Of a stretch of 64,000 bases of DNA, positions 57,474-64,000 are shown one piece after another. The DNA is taken from contig CAWJSJ010000005.1 in NCBI GenBank assembly GCA_963845565.1, positions 952,818 through 1,016,817 on the forward strand. The letters are read 5' to 3'. A model generated the notes under the pieces. That model worked only from the letters and a program-made list of their open reading frames with translations. It was not told the origin of the DNA and did not search any database. This DNA comes from an uncultured Methylomirabilota bacterium. GTDB taxonomy: Bacteria > Methylomirabilota > Methylomirabilia > Methylomirabilales > 2-02-FULL-66-22. Numbering within the stretch: position 1 is the first letter of the stretch; every line of letters begins with the position of its first letter. The position numbers and the translations under genes were made by a program.

Positions 57474-58676
57474 ATGCCCTCCTGGCAACGCACCCTGGCC
57501 GTGATGGTGGGTGTGCAGTTCTGTTCCGCCGTCGGATTCTCGATCATCTTCCCGTTTCTCCCCCTGTATGTTGCCGAGCTCGACTCGAGGATGGGCTGGA
57601 GCGTCGAGGCGCTGTCGGGGTTGGTTTTCTCGGTCCAGGCGCTGACCATGGCGGTGGCGTCCCCGTTCTGGGGCGTCGTCGCCGATCGGTATGGCCGCAA
57701 GCTGATGGTGTTGCGGGCGACGCTGGGCGGCGCGGTGGTGATCCTGCTGATGGGATTCGTGGCCAACGTGGAGCAGTTGGTAGCCTTGCGGGCCGTGCAG
57801 GGCCTCTTCACTGGTGTCATCGCCGCGGCGAACGCCCTGATCGCCTCGGTGGCGCCTCGGGAGCGAACCGGGTATGCCATGGGGCTCCTGCAGGTCGGGC
57901 TGTGGAGCGGGGTCTCGGCGGGACCGCTGCTGGGCGGCATCCTGTCGGACCTCCTCGGATTTCGGGCGACGTTTGCGGTGACGTCGGCCATTCTCCTTTT
58001 GGCGGGGGTGAGCGTGTGGCTCGGCGTCCAGGACCCGTTCGTCCGGCAGGAGCGCGCGCCCGGCGGCCCGACATTCCTGCGCGATTGGACGCGGGTGCTC
58101 TCGGATGGGCGGCTGGCGTGCGTGCTGGGTTTGCGATTCCTGGTGGCCACGGGCCGGGCCACGCTGGAACCGCTGCTCCCGCTCTTTGTGGCGCAGCTCA
58201 CACTCTCTTCGGCGAAGGTCGGCACGCTCACCGGGCTGATCGTGGGGGCGGCGTCGGTTGCCAGCGTTGCCACGTCCGTGTCGCTCGGCCGCCTCGGCGA
58301 TCGGGTCGGCCATGGTCGCGTGGTTGTCTGGTGTGCGGCCGTGACGGCCGTGGTCGCCGTTCCGCAAGCCTTCGTCACAGGAGTTTGGCAACTGCTGTGG
58401 CTCCAGGCGCTGACCGGTGCGAGCGTCGGCGGACTCATCCCGTCGCTCTCCGCGCTTCTGGCGCGAAACTCCCGGCGGGGGGACGAGGGGTGCGTGTACG
58501 GGATCGACAATTCGATCACCTCGCTCGGTCGGACCGTGGCGCCGCTGTTGGGGGCCGCCTGTGCCGTCTGGTTCTCGCTCCGGGGGGTGTTCCTGCTGAC
58601 CGGCCTGATCTTTGTTGCCGTTGCGATCGTGGCGGCGCTCACCCTCCGTCGAGCGACACCGTCGGAAGCCCGCTGA
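57474..58676 (+). CDS. MFS transporter, DHA1/MdtG-like
   Basis: PFLPLYV, SPFWGVVADRYGRK, GPLLGG, GRLGDRVG. Confidence 0.9.
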   Translation: MPSWQRTLAVMVGVQFCSAVGFSIIFPFLPLYVAELDSRMGWSVEALSGLVFSVQALTMAVASPFWGVVADRYGRKLMVLRATLGGAVVILLMGFVANVEQLVALRAVQGLFTGVIAAANALIASVAPRERTGYAMGLLQVGLWSGVSAGPLLGGILSDLLGFRATFAVTSAILLLAGVSVWLGVQDPFVRQERAPGGPTFLRDWTRVLSDGRLACVLGLRFLVATGRATLEPLLPLFVAQLTLSSAKVGTLTGLIVGAASVASVATSVSLGRLGDRVGHGRVVVWCAAVTAVVAVPQAFVTGVWQLLWLQALTGASVGGLIPSLSALLARNSRRGDEGCVYGIDNSITSLGRTVAPLLGAACAVWFSLRGVFLLTGLIFVAVAIVAALTLRRATPSEAR

Positions 58677-58761
58677 CCCCTTCCCGCTTGCACTTCCCGC
58701 AACAGCGCTATACTGTTCCGTCGAGAGAAATCGTCCTGACCCAGCCACGGGAGTCGGCCCG

Positions 58762-60184
58762 ATGAGGGACGGTCGGAACGGGTTTCGGTTGACGGACGAG
58801 ACGAGCTTCGTCGTCCTCCGCGCGTTGGCGATGCTCGGAGGTTTGACGGCCGTTTTTCTCGTACAGCACCCTCCGGAGCACCAACCGTACCTGGGCGGCT
58901 TGGCCTGGGCGTTTGTGGCGTACAAGCTGCTGCTGTTCTTGGCAATCCGGGCGTGGGTGGCCCGCCTGCGCATTGTCCTCCTGGCCACCACGGTGCTGGA
59001 TCTCTCGTTCGTGGGGCTCTTCGTCTGGCTCGGCGGCGGCCTGGAGAGCCACTTTTATCTCCTGTTCTATCTTCTGGTGGCGCTTGCCGCGGTCCACTTC
59101 GGCCCAGGGGTCGGGATCGCTACCGCCGGTGGCGCGAGCGTTGCGTACGCGGTGGCTTCCGCTGGCGTTTTGCCGCATCATGATTGGGCTCACCTGATCG
59201 TGCGGGTGGCGACATTCTTCCTCTTGGGTGGTGCCTTGGGATATCTGAGCCAACGCGAGCGGCTGGCCCGGACCGAGGCGGAACACTTGAACGAGGAACT
59301 GAAGGCCAATCAGAGCCGCCTGGAAAAGGCGTACCAGGAGTTGCAGGCGGCGCAGGAGAGGCTGGTGCAGTCGGAGCGGTTAGCCACCATCGGACAAATG
59401 TCCGCGAAGGTATCGCACGAGGTGCGGAACCCGCTGAGCTCGATCAGTCTGAACGTGGAGCTCTTGGAGGACGAACTGTCGGCGCTTCCGGCACGAGCGT
59501 CGCGCGGAAGCGAGGCATCTGGTGCGGGCGATCCGCTCGCAGGTCGACACCTTGAGCGCGGTCACCGAGGGGTACCTTCAGTTCGCGCGTTTGCCGAAGC
59601 CCAAGCTCCACGTCGGTCTCGCTGGGGCCCGTCATCGCGGACCTCGCGGATTTCGTTCGGGAGGAGCTGCGCGCGCGAAAGGTGAAGCTTGTCGTGGAAG
59701 CGGAGCCGGGACTGCCGACGGTCCGCGTGGATGTCGGCCAGATCCGTCAGGCGCTCTTGAACCTCATCCGGAACGCCGCCGAGGCCATGCCGGACGGCGG
59801 TACAATCAGTCTCGCCGCGCAACGCGTGCACGGCGATGGTCAACTGGGCAGCTGGGCAGCTGGGCAGCTGGGATCGGAGAAGCAGTCGGAAGTCAGGACT
59901 CGGGTCGTCGGATTGCCAAGCCGCCAAGCCACCAAGTCGCCACGCCGCCGAATGGGTCGAGATAACCGTGACCGATACGGGTGTGGGCATCGCGCCGGAG
60001 GACCAGGAGCGAGTGTTCGAACCATTCTTCACGAGCAAGGAGGGAGGGACGGGCTTGGGGCTGGCCATTTCACGCGAGATCGTTGTGGGGCATGGCGGCT
60101 CGCTCGTCTGCGAGAGTAACCTCGGGAACGGGGCCACCTTCCGGTTGACGCTTCCGGCGGCAGAGGAGGGGCCCGCTGCCATGA
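58762..60184 (+). CDS. Membrane sensor histidine kinase (several apparent +1 frameshifts; repeat insert 59841-59949)
   Basis: N-terminal TMs; SERLATIG...SHEVRNPL H-box; LLNLIRNA N-box; DTGVG, FEPFF, GGTGLGL across successive frames. Confidence 0.85.
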
Positions 60185-61617
60185 GCACCGACCAGACCCG
60201 GCTCCGTGTCCTGGTGGTGGACGACGACCAGGCGATCCGAGAAGCACTCTCCCGGACGCTGGAGAAGCTCGGGATACGACGTGGTGCTGGCCAATGACGG
60301 CCAGGCCGGCCTGGACCGACTCCGGGAGGGGGAGATCCACATTGCTGCTGGCCGACCTCCAGATGCCGAAGCTCGGCGGCCAGGAGCTGCTGAAGGCGGC
60401 CAGGGCCATCGCTCCCGACGTCGAGGTGATCGTTATCACCGGCCACGGGACCGTGGAGGACGCGGTCGAGGCGATGAAGGAGGGAGCCTACGACTTCATC
60501 ACCAAGCCGTTCAAGCGTGTGCAGCTCGAGCGCACGATCCGACGGGCGGCCGAGAAGCAGGCGCTCGCCATGCAAAATCGCCGGCTCCAGAGCCGCTTGG
60601 ACGAGATCCAGGGTGCCGGGAGGATCATCGGCTCGAGCCCTCTCTTCCTCAAGACGTTGGATCTGGTCCGGCAGGTGGCACCGAGTACGGCCACGATCTT
60701 GATCCAGGGGGAAAGCGGTACGGGGAAAGAGTTGATTGCGGACGCCATCCACCACGGCAGTCCGCGGCGGGAACGGGCGTTCATCAAGGTGAATTGTGCG
60801 GCCTTGCCCGAGGCGCTCCTTGAGTCGGAACTCTTCGGACACGAGCGGGGCGCCTTCACCGGTGCGGTGACGCGAAAAGAAGGGCGTTTCGAGTTGGCGG
60901 ATGGCGGCACGCTGTTCATGGACGAGATCGGGGAGATCAGTCCCGCCATGCAGGCCAAGCTGCTCCGCGTCCTGCAATCGGGGGAGTTCGAGCGGGTGGG
61001 CGGCACACGGACGCTCACGGCGGACGTCCGAGTTGATCGCCGCCACCAATTCGGACGTGGCAGTGCTGGTGCGGGAGAAACGGTTTCGCGAGGACCTCTA
61101 CTATCGGTTGAACGTCATCACCATCCAGCTCCCGCCGCTCCGCGCGCGCCAGGATGACATCCCGCTCCTGGCTCACCATTTTCTCCGGAAGTACGCGGCG
61201 AAGAACGCGAAGACGGTCGGCGGATTCGCGGAGGAAGCGTTAGATATCCTCCAGACGTACGCCTGGCCGGGGAATGTCCGGGAACTGGAAAATGTCATCG
61301 AGCGCGCCGTGGTGTTGACGCGCTCCTCGGTGATCTCGCCTGCCGATCTCCCCGAGGCGCTGGTGGGCGCCGACCAGGCGGCGCGACACCTGGTGATTTC
61401 CATCGGGACGCCGCTCGAAGAGGTGGAGGACCGGCTGATCGAGGAGACGCTGCGATACACCAAGGGCGACAAGACGCTCGCCGCCAAGCTGCTCGGCATC
61501 GCCACGCGGACGATCTATCGCCGGGTGAAGGGTGAGGCGGAGCCACTCGCGAACGCTCTGGGGGATGAACAGCCTTCCGGGGAATCACCCGAGACACCCT
61601 CCACCATCCCCGCTTGA
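60181..61617 (+). CDS. sigma-54-dependent response regulator (NtrC/AtoC/ZraR family), 3 apparent +1 frameshifts
   Basis: VLVVDDD receiver; [48 protein letters not shown]; Fis HTH. Confidence 0.9.
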
Positions 61618-61641
61618 CAGCGGTATCAATAGTGGTACTAT
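61614..61641 (+). promoter_or_regulatory. hicAB promoter with operator-like palindrome; probably leaderless
   Basis: TTGACA-16nt-TACTAT with TGn extension; ATAGT-GGT-ACTAT palindrome; ATG follows 5 nt after the -10. Confidence 0.6.
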
Positions 61642-61646
61642 GGACC

Positions 61647-61904
61647 ATGTCTACTATCCATGAGCTTGTCGAGCGGATGCGCGGTGATCCAAAGACCATT
61701 CGGTACGTTGATCTATGCCGCGTGTGCGATTTCTACTTCGGCAAACCGCGACAGAAGGGGAGTAGCCATCGAGTCTACAAGACGCCGTGGCCGGGCGATC
61801 CTCGCGTCAATATCCAGAACGAGCAAGGCCGGGCGAAGGCGTACCAGGTGAGACAGGTTCTGAGAGCTATTGAGAAGCTGGAGGTTGGGCATGACGCTCC
61901 GTAA
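61647..61904 (+). CDS. hicA: HicA-like toxin
   Basis: PRQKGSSHRVYKTPW...RVNIQ...AKAYQVRQV. Confidence 0.88.
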   Translation: MSTIHELVERMRGDPKTIRYVDLCRVCDFYFGKPRQKGSSHRVYKTPWPGDPRVNIQNEQGRAKAYQVRQVLRAIEKLEVGHDAP

Positions 61905-62220
61905 CGATCGCTACACGTACCGTGTGACCTGGTCGGCTGAGGACCGAGAGTACATCGGCCTGTGCGCCGAGTTTCCGAGCCTGAGTTGGCTGGCGCCCAC
62001 GCCCGAGGCCGCATTGAAGGGAATCCGGGAAACCGTGGCTGGCGTGGTGGCAGACCTGAAAACCGCCAAGGAACCAGTCCCCGAACCTCTGGCAAGCAGA
62101 CGATTCAGCGGCAAGTTCGTAGTGCGCGTTCCGCCGGAGGTCCATCGCCATCTCGCCGTGGAAGCTGCGGAGGCCGGGGTGAGTCTGAACCGTCTGACCA
62201 GTGCGAAGCTCTCGCGCTGA
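61891..62220 (+). CDS. hicB: HicB family antitoxin
   Basis: YTYRVTWSAED...EFPSLSW...SGKFVVRVPPEVHRHL...GVSLN. Confidence 0.9.
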   Translation: MTLRNDRYTYRVTWSAEDREYIGLCAEFPSLSWLAPTPEAALKGIRETVAGVVADLKTAKEPVPEPLASRRFSGKFVVRVPPEVHRHLAVEAAEAGVSLNRLTSAKLSR

Positions 62221-62302
62221 CACCTCGGTCTCGGCCGTCATCGGCTGTCTGCGGCTTCTGTTGACGCGGTTGACGACACGATTCATCTCCTACCCGGCCG
62301 CC

Positions 62303-62695
62303 ATGATCTACCGATTGCTCGCTGATTGTCTCGTCCTCGTTCACCTCGCCTTCGTTGTCTTCGTGGTGGCAGGGGGATTCCTTGTCCTCTGGCGGCCATC
62401 CTTTCGTTGGATCCATCTTCCGGCCGCGGTATGGGGAGCGCTCGTCGAGTTCACCGGGTGGATCTGCCCTCTGACCCCCTGGGAGCAGGCGTTGCGGGTC
62501 AAAGCTGGGCTGGTTGGGTATACGGGTGGATTCATCGAGCACTACATTCTTCCGGTACTCTACCCGCAGGGACTCACGCCTGGCGTCCAGGTCGCCCTGG
62601 GCTTCCTGGTGATCGGCGTCAATGTCGCCATCTATGCCTTCGTCGGTTACCGCCAGGCCCGTCTATCTGGCCGTTCGCCAGCCTTTCGCAGGTAA
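62303..62695 (+). CDS. DUF2784-like membrane protein
   Basis: HLAFVVFVVAGG, HLPAAVWG, WICPLTPWE, GFIEHY. Confidence 0.82.
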   Translation: MIYRLLADCLVLVHLAFVVFVVAGGFLVLWRPSFRWIHLPAAVWGALVEFTGWICPLTPWEQALRVKAGLVGYTGGFIEHYILPVLYPQGLTPGVQVALGFLVIGVNVAIYAFVGYRQARLSGRSPAFRR

Positions 62696-62797
62696 GCCGT
62701 TGTCAAAGAATTGGTTGAGCGGAGACATTCCGAAACGGCATAAGGAGCCGTAACGAAATAGAAAGAGATGTATAGGTTATTTCGTAACGGCTCCTAA
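62696..62797 (+). repeat. Family B double-hairpin element copy 3
   Basis: GCCGTTGTCAAAGAAT...AAACGGCATAAGGAGCCGTAACGAAAT...ATTTCGTAACGGCTCCTAA right after TAA. Confidence 0.82.
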
Positions 62798-62817
62798 GCG
62801 CGACCCGCCTCGGGCCG

Positions 62818-62998
62818 TTTGACAAATAGTCCAACGGTCTTATCTCGAAGCCGCGCTTCCTCGACAGAACTGTCGGTTCGGTCTTCCTTATCGAGCCAGG
62901 CGGGACGGCTTCTCTTTTTGTCTCCTTTCCTAAATCAAACAGTTACGGTTGCGCCTCTCGTGAAGCCCGGGCTCCGCGCGTGTTGGCACTCCTCTTGC
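62818..62998 (+). promoter_or_regulatory. sigma-54 promoter with IHF site and candidate enhancer sites
   Basis: TGGCAC-N5-TTGC (62984-62998); IHF consensus AATCAAACAGTTA (62933-62945); TTGACAAATAGTC (~62819) and CGACAGAACTGTCG (62862-62875). Confidence 0.8.
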
Positions 62999-63077
62999 CT
63001 CTCATCATGACGGGTGACGACAGAGCGACTTGACGCTCGCAAATTGCTTTTCAACCACAACATGGAAGGAAGACGAC

Positions 63078-63410
63078 ATGAAGAAGTTCTGGATACTGGC
63101 TGCTGCGTTAGTGTTGGTGTTTGGGGTCGCCAGCTACACGCTGGCCCAATCCGCGGCGCCGCAGGGCGGGATGATGGGGCCCGGGATGGGGATGGGCGGG
63201 GGCACGATGGGCCAGGGCGGAATGATGAACCATGGAGGAATGATGTCCGGCCCCATGATGAGCATGATGTCGGGCCAGCCGCTCACCCAAGAGCAGCTTG
63301 AGCAATTCGCCAAGCAGCATGGCATCACGACGGAACAGGCGAAGCAGATGACGGACACCTGCGGCCAGATCATGAGCAACGCGAAGGCGAACCAGCCGAA
63401 GGCGCAGTAG
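63078..63410 (+). CDS. Small exported Met/Gly-rich protein, putative metal (Cu) binding
   Basis: Signal peptide; GGMMGPGMGMGG...MMNHGGMMSGPMMSMM; single Cys; RBS and sigma-54 promoter. Confidence 0.75.
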   Translation: MKKFWILAAALVLVFGVASYTLAQSAAPQGGMMGPGMGMGGGTMGQGGMMNHGGMMSGPMMSMMSGQPLTQEQLEQFAKQHGITTEQAKQMTDTCGQIMSNAKANQPKAQ

Positions 63411-63589
63411 CATTCGCCATCACATTCCGCCGGCCTTCGGTCGTTCCGCACGATCGAGGGCTGGCGGATGATGCCTCTGTCGTCCATGTCTCTCAGTCGA
63501 AGGGGCTATCTTTTCGATGGCGAGGGACGCCTCAGGTTCCGCAACCATCCCTGGTGGATGATCCTCCCAAGCCCGCGTTCTGCGGTGTC

Positions 63590-63753
63590 TTGACAAAATG
63601 TCTAGGAATTCCCCCTCACAATTCGCTCGATTGACCTTCTGGCAAACGTTATCCACCCACACTGCGAAGGCGATCCCCACACGCCCGCAACTATCTGATT
63701 CTGCGCGATGGAGGCGATCGCCAGAAAAGCGACAAGCGTGGCACGCCGGTTGC
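63590..63753 (+). promoter_or_regulatory. Second sigma-54 promoter with candidate enhancer site
   Basis: TGGCAC-GCCGG-TTGC (63739-63753); TTGACAAAATGTC (63590-63602). Confidence 0.75.
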
Positions 63754-63832
63754 CCTATTTGAAGAGCGCATAACGAATCGAGACTCCCGCTCTTGGAGTT
63801 GAACCGGCGAGTGGTGGGTGGAGGAAGGCGCC

Positions 63833-64000
63833 ATGATCGAATTTATCGTCAACCACGGACTATGGTTTGCGCTTGCTGGCGTATTCCTCGCGATGCATTG
63901 GTTCGGAATGGGTTCCTGTGGTGGGAGACATCGGCACGAATCGGTCAAACGGTCCGAAGGTCTCCCTGATGACCCTCTACGGATCAAGAGCGCTACCGAA
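63833..64000 (+). CDS. Small membrane protein, DUF2933-like (runs off window)
   Basis: RBS GGAGG; MIEFIVNHGLWFALAGVFLAMHWFGMGSCGGRHRH...; not in ORF track. Confidence 0.6.
   Translation, partial: MIEFIVNHGLWFALAGVFLAMHWFGMGSCGGRHRHESVKRSEGLPDDPLRIKSATE

Noticed and set aside
3256..58991. Numerous long antisense or alternate-frame ORFs (e.g. 3256-5280, 19840-21645, 36282-38021, 57380-58945)
   Set aside because: Shadow ORFs typical of high-GC DNA, overlapping well-supported genes.
59836..60297. Hybrid kinase-receiver fusion protein
   Set aside because: There is an RBS-like GAGGAGGGG before ATG 60181 and an ATGA overlap one frame away, in a region full of +1 errors.
1..64000. tRNA, rRNA, cas, integrase or transposase genes
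   Set aside because: None recognised on either strand.

Overview
This is a GC-rich bacterial chromosome segment. The gene style is suggestive of Methylomirabilota/NC10-like lineages, but that cannot be verified from this window. In order it contains: ruvA-ruvC-yebC; a glycerol/glycerol-3-phosphate cluster (glpP-glpD-glpQ-ugpBAE-metallophosphoesterase-glpK); an accessory patch with two ORF6N genes and a Fic gene bracketed by two orphan type I-C-like CRISPR repeat-spacer-repeat units; three hemerythrin-like genes; an Fe3+/sugar-phosphate-family ABC transporter whose leader shares a motif with the glpP leader; a methyltransferase and an SCO protein; a minus-strand hpnO-hpnL-sulfotransferase-cysD-cysNC operon; an ABC-2 permease, a lytic transglycosylase and a cassette-like class D beta-lactamase; a FadR-led 2-oxoacid dehydrogenase cluster with lipB, two LarA-like paralogs, a cupin, a 2-hydroxyacid dehydrogenase, PfpI and an MFS; a secreted lipase; an SdhA/NadB-type flavoprotein; a TRAP transporter; a CoA transferase; an MFS; a sigma-54 two-component system; hicAB; and two sigma-54 promoters driving small Met/His/Cys-rich proteins. 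Intergenic DNA holds several families of palindromic repeats: 8 copies of a modular ~150-190 bp element, 3 copies of a ~100 bp double hairpin, and 7-9-mer tandem repeats, some of them inside genes. About ten apparent frameshifts, nearly all +1, look like sequencing or consensus errors.
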